Positions 26,274-36,414 are shown, numbered from the stretch's first letter. The stretch is 64,000 nucleotides of DNA from Candidatus Altimarinota bacterium (GCA_963664295.1 OY760935.1:96001-160000); one strand, 5' to 3'. Translations and numbers: made by a program. Notes: generated by a model from the letters alone, not told the origin.

Positions 26274-27586
26274 TGTCATTTAAAAAATGTTGTAAAAATG
26301 GCGTTACCTTGATGATAACGGCCTCAACAATTGAATTACTTGGTTGGGGCTTTTCTGATTGTTTTTTTTCTATTTTTGCTAATAATCTTCTTAATAATTT
26401 TTTTTATGTAGGAGTTCTTTATTCAGCTATTGCTACTGTTAATTTAATTTTTACTGTAGTTACTAGCAAAATGCTTTCAGAAATTTCTGCGCGCATGATG
26501 GCAGTTTTAGCCAGACTTCTTTACACAGTATGTGTGTTAATGTATTTTTTTGCCGGATTTTTTTATTCCATTATCCCTTTGTTTTTTGCTGTTTTGTTTA
26601 ATGGTATTGGTAGAGCAATGCGCAATACATCAGAGCAAGATTTTCTTATAGAACATTCTAATAATAAAAATGCTTCAACAATAATGGGCACTAATTTTGC
26701 TCTCAAAAACACAGCTTGGTATGCCTCCATGGCAATTAGTGGTTTTATTTTAATTTGGTTGGCAAATTTACTTGGAAAAACACCAGAAAATACAATTCAT
26801 TACCTTTTTCTTTTAGTTTTACCCTGTTTTGCAATAGAGGTCTTTTTACTTAAAAAAATTCACATTAAAAAAAGAATTTTTAATTTGTTTAATTTTAAAA
26901 AAGCAATTTTTGATAGCCATATTTTTACTAATTTTTTCAAAGGCACAAAAAATCTTCACCCTGTTTTAATTTTTGGGATTAGTTTAATTTTTATGCTGAG
27001 AGTATTACGAGATATGATTTTGCTTTTTGTTCCTTTATTGGCGATTAAGCTTAATTTAGAATTTTGGCAAATAGGCATACTTATTGGCTTGTTGCATGTT
27101 CCTTTTTTGTTTTCTTTTTTGTTTTCTTTTGTTGCCGATAAGGTAGATAGATTAAATTTAATTATTTTTGGACTATTATTTTCTCTTTTTCCGCTTGTGT
27201 TTTTGTCAAAAACATCTGCTCCTTTAATGATTGGTGCATTGTCTTCATTAATTTCTTTTTCGGTCGCCATTATACAACCTGCTGACTTAGGTATTATTGC
27301 GTCTTTGGCAGAAAAAAAAGATAGAGCTCATATTGCAGGATTGGAATTGTTTTTGGGACAAGCAGGGATTATTTTTGGTTCTATCGTTCTTGGCTTTGTT
27401 GCCGAGCAGTTTAGCTTGCAAACAGTGTTTTTAATTATGGCAGTAATTTCTTTTATTTTTGCCTTAATAGCAATTAAAATTAAAATACAAATTAATTGTC
27501 AAAACATCGGAAATAAACATAATAAAGTTAGCACAGAAATAACTCATCACCACATTGTTCATCATGCTTACCATGCAAATAAATAA
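26273..27586 (+). CDS. MFS transporter
   Basis: About 12 hydrophobic segments; ADKVDR motif-A-like loop; His-rich C-terminal tail. Confidence 0.85.
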   Translation: MSFKKCCKNGVTLMITASTIELLGWGFSDCFFSIFANNLLNNFFYVGVLYSAIATVNLIFTVVTSKMLSEISARMMAVLARLLYTVCVLMYFFAGFFYSIIPLFFAVLFNGIGRAMRNTSEQDFLIEHSNNKNASTIMGTNFALKNTAWYASMAISGFILIWLANLLGKTPENTIHYLFLLVLPCFAIEVFLLKKIHIKKRIFNLFNFKKAIFDSHIFTNFFKGTKNLHPVLIFGISLIFMLRVLRDMILLFVPLLAIKLNLEFWQIGILIGLLHVPFLFSFLFSFVADKVDRLNLIIFGLLFSLFPLVFLSKTSAPLMIGALSSLISFSVAIIQPADLGIIASLAEKKDRAHIAGLELFLGQAGIIFGSIVLGFVAEQFSLQTVFLIMAVISFIFALIAIKIKIQINCQNIGNKHNKVSTEITHHHIVHHAYHANK

Positions 27587-28610
27587 AATAATCACCATTG
27601 GCTCACTTACTTTTGATATTTTTGTCCGCCCATTAAGACAAGAAATAGTTCGCAGAGTCTCAGAAACAGACATAAAAGAGTCTATTTGTTTTCCTTTTGG
27701 GGAAAAAATAAGAGTAAAAAATGTTCATGAGTGTTTTGGAGGCGGAGCAGCCAACACAGGTATAGGATTTAGCAGATTAGGCATACAAACAAGCTGTATC
27801 GGTGCAATAGGTAATGACGAATGGGGACAATTAATAATCAACAACCTAAAAAAAGAAAAAATAAACACAGATCATATCCAAAAAGCCAAAGAGCAAACAG
27901 GTTTTTCCGTTATTTTGAATTCTTTTGAGGGTGATCGTACAGTTTTGGCTTATTCAGGCGCAAATCACGCTTTTGAAAAAATAGAACAAAAAATATTAGA
28001 AAATGCAGAAGGAATTCACCTTTGCCACCTTTCTGGCAAAGGAAAAAAGGTTTTTGAGGCAATAAAAAAACATTTTGAAAAAAATCCACAAAAATTTCTT
28101 TCCTGGAACCCAGGCAAAGAACAGCTGGAAAAAGGTCTAGATTATTTCAAAAGTTTTTTACCAGTTGTAGATATTCTTTTTCTCAATCGCGAGGAAGCAG
28201 AGGAATTATCAGGCTTAAAATCAAAAAGAGGATCAAAATTTGGTAAAAATATCTATGATTTATCAAAAATATTTAAGAAATTTTATCAAAAAGGATTTAA
28301 AAATATTCTAGTAATAACCGACGGACAAAGAGGAGCACAATGCTCTGATAGTAAAAGTATATATTTTTGTCCAATTGAAAACAGTAAGCCACGTGTTGAC
28401 ACTCTTGGTGCTGGTGATGCCTTTTGTAGTGGTTTTTCCTCTGCGTATATCAAAGCCAATGATTTGCCAATTTGTTTAAAATATGGCACTATTAACTCAG
28501 CAAGCGTGGTTTCTGAATTTGGAGCCCAAAAAGGCTTGCTTAAAAAACAAAAATTGGGTACAATAAGTGCCTTTAAGAAATTAAAAACCGAAAAAATAAT
28601 TTTAAAATAA
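27573..28610 (+). CDS. PfkB-family carbohydrate kinase
   Basis: GGGAANTGIGFSRLG, IGAIGNDEWG, NREEA and VDTLGAGDAFCSGF signatures. Confidence 0.95.
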   Translation: MQINKIITIGSLTFDIFVRPLRQEIVRRVSETDIKESICFPFGEKIRVKNVHECFGGGAANTGIGFSRLGIQTSCIGAIGNDEWGQLIINNLKKEKINTDHIQKAKEQTGFSVILNSFEGDRTVLAYSGANHAFEKIEQKILENAEGIHLCHLSGKGKKVFEAIKKHFEKNPQKFLSWNPGKEQLEKGLDYFKSFLPVVDILFLNREEAEELSGLKSKRGSKFGKNIYDLSKIFKKFYQKGFKNILVITDGQRGAQCSDSKSIYFCPIENSKPRVDTLGAGDAFCSGFSSAYIKANDLPICLKYGTINSASVVSEFGAQKGLLKKQKLGTISAFKKLKTEKIILK

Positions 28611-28631
28611 ACTAATTTAACCACAAACAAA

Positions 28632-29207
28632 ATGTCAGATATGTCAAAAATTGCACTAATTAGAGAAATGTTAGATAGTGCAGAAAAATCAATCAGGAGC
28701 GCAAGAAGAATGCTTGCGGATTCTTTTGGAGAAACTGCAACAGACGAAATATTAATGGCTCATAAAACTCAAGGTTTAGCACCTCCGCACACAGAAGAGG
28801 AGGGGAGAATTATTGAGGGTATTTTTGATGGCGAAAAAATGCTTGATCAAGATGCAAATCATTATCCTGTTCCTGCAAATTATGCTTCAAAATCAAAATT
28901 AGTTGTTGGTGACAAATTAAAATTAACAATTACCGACAATGGTAAATTTATTTTTAAACAAATTGGGCCTGCTGAGAGAAAGTCTTTTGTTGGTCCTTTA
29001 ACTTATGAAGATGGTCAATATAAGGTTCTCGCTGATGGTAAAGCATATAAGGTTCTTTTAGCTTCTGTCACTTTTTTTAGAGCAGAAGTTGGAGACGAGG
29101 TCACTATTTTAGTGCCTGCTGAAGGAGAAGTGGAATGGGCTGCCATTGAAGCTGTTTTGCCTAAAGTTGAAGACAAAAACGGCATTAAAGCTGATTTTGA
29201 TCTCTAA
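28632..29207 (+). CDS. Conserved hypothetical protein (CPR-type)
   Basis: IEGIFDGEKM...YPVPANYASKSKLVVGDKLKLTI...FIFKQI motif, recalled from CPR genomes; function unknown. Confidence 0.75.
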   Translation: MSDMSKIALIREMLDSAEKSIRSARRMLADSFGETATDEILMAHKTQGLAPPHTEEEGRIIEGIFDGEKMLDQDANHYPVPANYASKSKLVVGDKLKLTITDNGKFIFKQIGPAERKSFVGPLTYEDGQYKVLADGKAYKVLLASVTFFRAEVGDEVTILVPAEGEVEWAAIEAVLPKVEDKNGIKADFDL

Positions 29208-29272
29208 AATAAAAATAGATTGACTTTTGAGTGAAAAAAAAGCACCCTTAGTCACTCGTATTAAAAACAAAA

Positions 29273-32200
29273 ATGAATCGTTTATTTGAATTTTTCGTTA
29301 ATCGCTGGAGGGTAACTTACTTACTCATAATATCCTCAATTATATTCGGCGCTGTTTCTCTTGCGGATTTACCACAAGAATCTGAACCAGAAGTAGAAAT
29401 TCCTATGGCTGTTGTCACAGTTTCTTATCCTGGTGCTGCGCCTTCGGATATGGAAAATTTAGTCACTCGCAAAGTAGAAGATAAAATAGACACATTAGAT
29501 AATATTGAAGAGATTACCTCTAATACAAGACTGGGTCTTACTAACATTACAGTAGAGTTTGAGGCAGACGCTGACATAGACGAAAGTATTCGTGACCTAA
29601 AAGATAAAATGGACGAAGTAAAAGCTGATTTACCTGATAATGCAGAAGATCCTGTAGTGATGGAGATAAGAATGTCAGACTCTGCGATTATTACTTTTTC
29701 ATTAGCAGGAAAAGGTATCTCAGAAGAAAGACTATCAGACTTTGCTGAAGACATTGAAACTAATCTTGAGCGTATTAGTGGTGTCTCAAAGGTGGAATTA
29801 TTAGGTCAGAGAGATAAAGAAATACAAGTTTTATTAGATCGCCAGAAGATAGAGTCTTTGGGATTATCAGCTGGTCAAATAGTACAAAAAATTCAAACTG
29901 CCCATCTTGATTTTCCAATAGGTGAGGCAATAATAGATGGTATCAACATATCATTAAGACTTGATGGAGAGTTTGAAGGGGCAGAAGATTTAAAAAAATT
30001 ACCTTTAATAACAACAGAACAAGGCACAGTTTTTTTGGAAGATGTGGCATCAATAAAAGAAACAAGAGAAAAAGAAACATCAATATCCATGCTTGCTCTT
30101 AATAATCAAGAAGCTGAAAAAACAATTTCTTTACAGGTTTTTAAGAAAACCGGAGGAAATATTATTGATATTACAGATAACGCAAAAGCAGAAATAGAAA
30201 GAATGAAAAAAGAAGAAGAGTTGCCAAGCTCTTTAGAGGTTGAGGTTTCCAATGATAACTCAAAATTTATTAGAGATGATTTAGATAGACTTGTTAATAA
30301 CGCTTTTCAGACCATTATTATAGTCACTCTTTTTATTTGGCTAGCAATGGGCTGGCGCGAAGCTATTATTGCAGGTTTAACCATACCGTTAACTTTTTTA
30401 TTAACCTTTTTTGTTTTAAGTCTTCTTGATCAAACTCTAAATTCAATGACCTTATTTGCCCTAGTTCTTTCTTTGGGTCTTATTGTTGATAACACAATTG
30501 TAATTACAGAAGGTATTTTTGATAATTTGCGTATCAAAAAATTGCCAGCAAAAGAGGCAGCATTAAATTCTGCTAGAACTTTTTGGTCGCCAATCACAAG
30601 TGGCACATTAACAACAGTGTCCGCTTTTGTGCCAATGCTTTTAGTGTCAGGTATTTTAGGCGAATATCTTAGTATTATTCCAATTACAGTTGGCTCAACC
30701 CTTATGTGGTCTTTGGTTGTTGCTTTGTTTTTTGTTCCTACTGTGGCAACAAGTATATTCAAAAACCTTAAAACACATTCTTTTAAAGAAGCATTTTTTA
30801 TTCATAAATTAAAAGAAATTTTAAGAAAAATATTAAACACACTACTTAAACATAAATGGAAAAGAAGATCGCTGTATTTAACCATGGCTAGCTTATTGGC
30901 AGGAGTTTTTGCCCTTGTTGGGGCTGGGCTTGTCTTGCCAGATATGTTTCCTTCTTATGATGCTGATTATTTTAATATTAATATTGAAATGCCCCCGGGT
31001 ACAAAATTAGAAAGAACCTATGAAGAAGCTTTGCAAGTTGAAGAAATTGTTAAAGATACTCCTTATTTAGATAATTATTTTTTTGCCATTGGCGCAGGAG
31101 CAATAGCTTCTACAGACATGATGAGCGCAGGTGGTTCATCAAGCGCAAATGAAGCCTCTTTTACGGTGAATTTAATACCAGCAAAAGAAAGAGACACAGC
31201 ATCATACGAAATAGCAAATCAAATTCGCGAACAAATTCAAGAAATCAAAACACCAGGCAAGATTACCCTTGAAGAGCTTCAGGCAGGTCCTCCGTCTGGA
31301 AAAGATGTGGAAGTGAGAATTTTTGGTGATAACTTAGAAGAAATGGAGGTTTTTGCAAAAAAAGTCAAAAAAGAACTAGAAAACACAGAAGGAGCCATTG
31401 AGGTTGAAGATGATATTTCTCTTTCTTCTGGCGAATTTGTATTTAGTTTTAATAGAGAAAGAATGGATTATTTTGGACTAAGTGCCTCAGATGTTGCAAA
31501 TGAAATACGCACCGCAGTATTTGGCACAGAAGCCGCAGACATAGCCCGTGGTGACGATGATATTAAAATCAATGTTTCTGTTGATTGGCAAAATAAAGAT
31601 GAAATTCCTACAACAATAGAAGAAATTGAAAATCTTAAGCTAATAACACCAAAAGGTGAAAAAATTAGCATTGGTGATATTGCAGATATTAGCATTGAAC
31701 AAGGATTTTCTGTAATACGTCGCCAAGATAAAAAGAAAATTGTGCGTATTCAGTCCGATATTAAAGTTGGTGAAAATGCAACAGTAGTCTTAGGTAGACT
31801 TGAAAAAAGAGTTAAGGAAAATTTAATAGTGCCAAATGATATGGAAATTGAATACGGTGGTTCAACAGAAGATATAGACGAATCTTTTGGTGATCTTTTT
31901 AATTCCATGATTGTTGCTGTGATTTTAATAGCTTTTATACTTATCTTACAATTTCAATCTTTTAGTCAGCCATTTATTATTTTATTTGCTCTACCTTTAT
32001 CCTTAATTGGTGTTATTGGTGGATTTTTTCTTATTGGTTGGTCAATTTCTTTTCCAACGTTTATTGGTATTGTTTCTTTGTCAGGTATCGTGATCAACGA
32101 TGCAATTGTGTTGATTGATCGAATTAGAGAAAACAGAAAGGAAGACATGCCCTTAAGAGAGTCAATTATAGATGCCGCACTCTCAAGAATGAAGCCTATA

Positions 32201-32419
32201 TTTTTAACCTCATTAACAACTATTTTTGGTATTTTACCTTTAGCTTTAAGCGATCAAACTTGGGGTGGCTTAGGCTTTGCAATTGTCTTTGGTCTTGCTT
32301 TTTCAACAATTCTTACCTTAATAGTAATTCCAAATCTTTATTACACATTTGAACACAGGGCAGAGGAAAGAAGATTAGCTAAAATACACCTTAGACAAAT
32401 GCAAGAATTAAATAAATAA
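29273..32419 (+). CDS. RND efflux transporter permease (AcrB/AcrD/AcrF family)
   Basis: 1048 aa; YPGAAP, LGLIVDNTIV, GIVINDAIVLID and R.KPIFLTSLTTIFGILPLA motifs. Confidence 0.96.
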   Translation: MNRLFEFFVNRWRVTYLLIISSIIFGAVSLADLPQESEPEVEIPMAVVTVSYPGAAPSDMENLVTRKVEDKIDTLDNIEEITSNTRLGLTNITVEFEADADIDESIRDLKDKMDEVKADLPDNAEDPVVMEIRMSDSAIITFSLAGKGISEERLSDFAEDIETNLERISGVSKVELLGQRDKEIQVLLDRQKIESLGLSAGQIVQKIQTAHLDFPIGEAIIDGINISLRLDGEFEGAEDLKKLPLITTEQGTVFLEDVASIKETREKETSISMLALNNQEAEKTISLQVFKKTGGNIIDITDNAKAEIERMKKEEELPSSLEVEVSNDNSKFIRDDLDRLVNNAFQTIIIVTLFIWLAMGWREAIIAGLTIPLTFLLTFFVLSLLDQTLNSMTLFALVLSLGLIVDNTIVITEGIFDNLRIKKLPAKEAALNSARTFWSPITSGTLTTVSAFVPMLLVSGILGEYLSIIPITVGSTLMWSLVVALFFVPTVATSIFKNLKTHSFKEAFFIHKLKEILRKILNTLLKHKWKRRSLYLTMASLLAGVFALVGAGLVLPDMFPSYDADYFNINIEMPPGTKLERTYEEALQVEEIVKDTPYLDNYFFAIGAGAIASTDMMSAGGSSSANEASFTVNLIPAKERDTASYEIANQIREQIQEIKTPGKITLEELQAGPPSGKDVEVRIFGDNLEEMEVFAKKVKKELENTEGAIEVEDDISLSSGEFVFSFNRERMDYFGLSASDVANEIRTAVFGTEAADIARGDDDIKINVSVDWQNKDEIPTTIEEIENLKLITPKGEKISIGDIADISIEQGFSVIRRQDKKKIVRIQSDIKVGENATVVLGRLEKRVKENLIVPNDMEIEYGGSTEDIDESFGDLFNSMIVAVILIAFILILQFQSFSQPFIILFALPLSLIGVIGGFFLIGWSISFPTFIGIVSLSGIVINDAIVLIDRIRENRKEDMPLRESIIDAALSRMKPIFLTSLTTIFGILPLALSDQTWGGLGFAIVFGLAFSTILTLIVIPNLYYTFEHRAEERRLAKIHLRQMQELNK

Positions 32420-32420
32420 T

Positions 32421-33110
32421 TTAATTTATTAAGTTTTTTTCTATTTTTTTAATTTCTTCAATGGTCAGTTGTCCAGGAGCTGTTTTTTCGCTTGCCTCAA
32501 TAGGCGCAAAAGTAAATTCACCATTAAAATAAACAGGAATTAAAAATCTACTTGGCTTACCAATATCACTCATTAAAATTGTGATGTGTTTAATTTTTTT
32601 ACGATCAAGATTTTCTGCAAGACGCAGAATTGTAATTAAATCTTTTTTATCCTTTGGTGTGCAGGCTATTTTTACAATATCCGCTCCTTTTTTGAGCATG
32701 TTTTTTACAAGATTAAGCAAGGCAGGAAGAGGAGGGGTATTATTCCAATAATGATGAGAAATAATTAACTGAGATTTGCCTTTTTTGTTTACTAATTCAG
32801 CAATTACCTGATCAGAACTTTCAAAAGCAATATCAATATATTCTGCACCCAATTCTACTGTTTTTAGTAAAATGTCCACTTTTTCCCTGTCTGTTCCTCT
32901 AAAAGCACCTTTTTCTTTTTCGTTTTTGAGATTAAAAACCAAAGGAAGTTTTTTGTTTTTAAAAATTGTTTCCAAATCGAGGTTTTTAATTTCACTAAGC
33001 CAGATTTCTTGTAAATCAGCGCCTTTTTCAGCACTTTTTTGCATTTTTTCAAGTACTTTATCCGTTGTTTTTTCTGTTATTGGAACGCAGATTTTAATTT
33101 TTTTCATCAC
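32421..33110 (-). CDS. aroD: Type I 3-dehydroquinate dehydratase
   Basis: ICVPI, GADL.E, EKGAFRG, YIDI, IISHH.W..TP, GADIVKIA (Schiff-base Lys), M...GK.SR and TAPGQ motifs. Confidence 0.88.
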   Translation of the reverse strand: MMKKIKICVPITEKTTDKVLEKMQKSAEKGADLQEIWLSEIKNLDLETIFKNKKLPLVFNLKNEKEKGAFRGTDREKVDILLKTVELGAEYIDIAFESSDQVIAELVNKKGKSQLIISHHYWNNTPPLPALLNLVKNMLKKGADIVKIACTPKDKKDLITILRLAENLDRKKIKHITILMSDIGKPSRFLIPVYFNGEFTFAPIEASEKTAPGQLTIEEIKKIEKNLIN

Positions 33111-33213
33111 AAAATAATTATCATTAAAATACTAACTTTTTTATATCTAAAAGGCAATTAAAACCTTGTATTCAAGGCTTTTTTATGAGATAATTGATAG
33201 ATAGAAAATACAA

Positions 33214-34854
33214 ATGAAAGTTCCAGGAATACTTCAAAAAACAAACATTAGAAATAAGCGCTCTTTGCTTATATATGTATCTGCGTTCTTTTTTATGTTC
33301 GCTTATACTATCTTAGCATTTTCAATAGCTAGCTTTTTAATGCATAGGTTTCCGGAAAATCCCAATGCAATCATGTTCGTAGGTATGATTTTAGGAATAT
33401 CTAGTTTTTTAGCCATTTTTGTTGACTCTTTTTGGGCTTATTTGCAAAAAATAAAACCACCAAGAGTGTTAACACTATGGGCATTAGTAGGCTTAATTTT
33501 TACAGTCTCAATTTTCTTTTTTGCAAATTTGGGTGAGATGTTTTATCCGCTTAAATGGGCAATTTTTACTTTTATGGCTGCTTTTTTATATGGCTGGAGC
33601 ATGGATTTATATGATGTCACAGTAGTGACAACCATAATCTCACGTTCAGACAACAGCAAGCTTGCTCAAAGTATTTCTCAAAAAAAAGTAGCAGAAGCAT
33701 TGGGTATGGTCTCTGGCATTTTAATAGCTAGTTTTTTGGTTAGTTTTGGCAGTGAATCTTTTACACAATTTGTACTTTTAATTTTTCTTATCTTTGTTTT
33801 TGTGTTTTTCTATCATCATTTTGACAAAGAAGAATACGAATCAGAAAAACTTGAATTTGCTGAATACACATTTGTTGATTGGAAAACAATTTTTGCCAAT
33901 ATCTCTGACAAAGAAAGAGTAAATCAAGAACTTGCGCAAACTCCTGATAAACTGAAAAATTCAGTAGTAGAGTTAGCAGAAAAAACAGGCACAGCATTAA
34001 AAAATTTGCCAGGAGAAGCATATGATTTAGGGAAAGATGTACTCGAGGCTTCTCGTAGACAACTTGTAGAAATATTAGCTAAAGAAGGTGAAATAATCCA
34101 AAGAGAGGGCGTAGAAAGGGGTAAATTTTCTTTTCCTGAGATGGTTTCCGAAATTAAAAGTAATTTTGGTGATTTTATTAAAATTTTTAATTTTAAAAAC
34201 TTAAGCATTCCTCTTTTATGGGTTTGCGCTTGTGTAATGTTATTTTCCTTTTGGGACACAATGGTAGTCACTTATCAGCCATTATTTTTGCAAGAATTTG
34301 GCAGAAATAACGCAATAGTTAGTGCAATTAGCGGTTTTTTGATTATTTTATTTATCTTTCCAGTTTTTGCTCTCCAAGTACCATTTTCTATGTTGGCAGA
34401 CAGGGTAGGTAGAGAAAAAATGGTTATTTTAGGTTTGATAATTTCTGGCACAGCAGTAATTGTGCTCAGCACAACAACCAGTCTTTGGATATTAATTATT
34501 GCTGGTATATGTGGAGGAGCAGGTTATGCAGCCGCTTTTGCGCCTGCTCAGGCTATGTTTGTTGATGAATTCAATAAAGCTCGTGGCATTGATGGAGATA
34601 AAAATTCCGAAAAAAGCGCTGGATCGCTAAGATTGACTCTCAATACAGGTAATATTTTTGGTCAATTTCTAGGAGGAGCTGTTTTTGCTTCTTTTGGTTT
34701 TGCCGGAGGATTTTTAGTATTTGGTCTTATTTTTGCTGTTTTATCAGTCACTTCTTTGGTTTTTTATTTTAAAATAAGACCGCAAAAAGAAGAAAAATCA
34801 AACTTAAATACCGAAATAAAAACAAAATCAGAAACTGAAGCCATAGAAAATTAA
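33214..34854 (+). CDS. MFS transporter with a long central cytoplasmic insertion
   Basis: Two 6-TM halves (LADRVGR motif A in the second) separated by ~125 charged helical residues. Confidence 0.82.
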   Translation: MKVPGILQKTNIRNKRSLLIYVSAFFFMFAYTILAFSIASFLMHRFPENPNAIMFVGMILGISSFLAIFVDSFWAYLQKIKPPRVLTLWALVGLIFTVSIFFFANLGEMFYPLKWAIFTFMAAFLYGWSMDLYDVTVVTTIISRSDNSKLAQSISQKKVAEALGMVSGILIASFLVSFGSESFTQFVLLIFLIFVFVFFYHHFDKEEYESEKLEFAEYTFVDWKTIFANISDKERVNQELAQTPDKLKNSVVELAEKTGTALKNLPGEAYDLGKDVLEASRRQLVEILAKEGEIIQREGVERGKFSFPEMVSEIKSNFGDFIKIFNFKNLSIPLLWVCACVMLFSFWDTMVVTYQPLFLQEFGRNNAIVSAISGFLIILFIFPVFALQVPFSMLADRVGREKMVILGLIISGTAVIVLSTTTSLWILIIAGICGGAGYAAAFAPAQAMFVDEFNKARGIDGDKNSEKSAGSLRLTLNTGNIFGQFLGGAVFASFGFAGGFLVFGLIFAVLSVTSLVFYFKIRPQKEEKSNLNTEIKTKSETEAIEN

Positions 34855-34856
34855 AA

Positions 34857-34897
34857 AAAAACACACCAATACAAATTAAGTATATTAGTGTGTTTTT
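34857..34897. terminator. Bidirectional intrinsic terminator
   Basis: AAAAACACAC-CAATA...TATTA-GTGTGTTTTT between convergent genes. Confidence 0.65.
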
Positions 34898-34915
34898 AAG
34901 CGTGAATTAAAAAAA

Positions 34916-35335
34916 TTACTCACCAAGAGACATTTGAAGGTCTCTTTCATGCTCTTCTTCGTCAGCAAGAATTTGGCGCAAAACCTGAGTTAGGCCATAT
35001 AAACCAAGCTCTTCAGATTGTTTAACTCTTTCTGAATAATTTTTGATTGCTGCTCTTTCGCCAGCAATATCCTGTTCAAGCATTTCGCGAGAGTCAGTAG
35101 ATGTCCAGCGCTTAGAAACATCAACAGAAGGTACACCACCCAAATAAGCAACTTGCTCAGAAAGTAAAATGGCATGACCCATTTCTTCATTGGCATGCAC
35201 AACAAGTTCTTTTTGGATAGATTGATATTCAGCACCAGTAATAACAGAAGCATGCTGAACATATTGAATAGCAGCTCCGTATTCATCTTCAATGTCCTTA
35301 TTAAGGAGATTGATCAATTCTTCTTTTGTAATCAT
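34916..35335 (-). CDS. Ferritin-like (bacterioferritin-type) protein
   Basis: EYGAAIQY, EEMGHA, YLGGVP, E..AI..Y and DEEEHE di-iron ligand motifs. Confidence 0.9.
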   Translation of the reverse strand: MITKEELINLLNKDIEDEYGAAIQYVQHASVITGAEYQSIQKELVVHANEEMGHAILLSEQVAYLGGVPSVDVSKRWTSTDSREMLEQDIAGERAAIKNYSERVKQSEELGLYGLTQVLRQILADEEEHERDLQMSLGE

Positions 35336-35406
35336 GTTTTTTTAAAAAAGGCAAAAATTATTTTCTCTTTCTTAAGAAGAAAATTCAAGTACTTATATAT
35401 TTTCTA

Positions 35407-35434
35407 TTGACAAAATATTTAAATATGTTAAAAT
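35407..35434 (+). promoter_or_regulatory. sigma70-like promoter
   Basis: TTGACA-N16-TAAAAT with an extended -10 TG. Confidence 0.65.
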
Positions 35435-35456
35435 ATTATCCTTTTTAAAAATAACC

Positions 35457-35864
35457 ATGAAAAAGGCATTACAACCAGCTTATCATGAAAATGGTCAGCC
35501 AGTACAATACCGACAAGAATCAGATTTTTCTCTTGAAAAAAGCATAAGACTTTCTGCTACAGAAGTCAGCAATGATGTTCTTGATTCAGGCGTCTTAATT
35601 GACACAATTTCATCTGATACGGATATTCAACGTCATCAGGAAAGAATTATGCAAATTACAGCAGAAGCAGATGCAATGCGCAATGCTGGCACATTAGAAG
35701 TGAGCAATAAAGAACTATTTGCAGATTTGATTTCTGCAAGAGAAGTTTTAGCAAAAACAGATCCTATTAAATTTGCACAAGCAAAAGCGCAAGCAGATGT
35801 ATTAAGTCGCATTCTAGAGCCAATTGAAGGAGAGAGAGAAGTAGAGTCAAGAATTATACACTAA
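35457..35864 (+). CDS. Hypothetical protein
   Basis: 135-aa ORF with its own promoter; no recognisable motif. Confidence 0.7.
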   Translation: MKKALQPAYHENGQPVQYRQESDFSLEKSIRLSATEVSNDVLDSGVLIDTISSDTDIQRHQERIMQITAEADAMRNAGTLEVSNKELFADLISAREVLAKTDPIKFAQAKAQADVLSRILEPIEGEREVESRIIH

Positions 35865-35880
35865 AAAAATATTAAAAAAT

Positions 35881-35925
35881 TTGACAAAATAAATCATAAG
35901 AGTATTATGGGAAATGTCCCATAAT
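35881..35925 (+). promoter_or_regulatory. Promoter with overlapping palindromic operator
   Basis: TTGACA-N16-TATTAT, overlapped by the perfect inverted repeat ATTATGGGA-AATG-TCCCATAAT (35904-35925) just before the DUF134 gene. Confidence 0.7.
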
Positions 35926-35933
35926 ACTCTTTT

Positions 35934-36389
35934 ATGCCTAGACAAAGAAAAAGAAGACACATCAGAGGCTGTATAAGATCAAATTTTTTCAAACCACAAG
36001 CAGTGCCAATCTCAAAATTGGAAATAATCACCTTAGAAATTGATGAAGTAGAAGCAATAAGATTAACAGAATATGAAAAAATGCCCCTACGCGAAGCATC
36101 AGAGCAAATGCAAATTTCAAAATCCACATTACATAGAATATTAGAACAAGCTCAATTTAAGGTAGCAGACGCACTTATTAACGGCAAGGCGATAAAAATC
36201 GCCAATAAAAATATTTTTTCAAATTTTACCCCCAATAACATGCCAAACAAAGACGGCACAGGACCAGACGGAAAAGGTCCAAGAACCGGCAGAGGAATGG
36301 GCACTTGCCCACCTGTCGAAGGGCAATCTTCAGGCCAAGCTCCAAGAAGAGGCTGTGGCAGAAGACCAAGACAAAATAGAGGGGAATAA
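35934..36389 (+). CDS. DUF134 (UPF0251) HTH DNA-binding protein with C-terminal DUF5320-like Gly/Arg peptide
   Basis: MPR..KRR, FKP..VP, E.EAIRL, A.EQM.ISKST..RIL..A..KVADAL.NGKAIKI, followed by MPNKDGTGP.GKGP.TGRGMG.C. Confidence 0.88.
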   Translation: MPRQRKRRHIRGCIRSNFFKPQAVPISKLEIITLEIDEVEAIRLTEYEKMPLREASEQMQISKSTLHRILEQAQFKVADALINGKAIKIANKNIFSNFTPNNMPNKDGTGPDGKGPRTGRGMGTCPPVEGQSSGQAPRRGCGRRPRQNRGE

Positions 36390-36403
36390 CCCCCTCTATT
36401 TTT
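36373..36403. terminator. Bidirectional intrinsic terminator
   Basis: AAAATAGAGGGG-loop-CCCCTCTATTTT between convergent genes. Confidence 0.75.
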
Positions 36404-36414
36404 ATGCGGAATAA

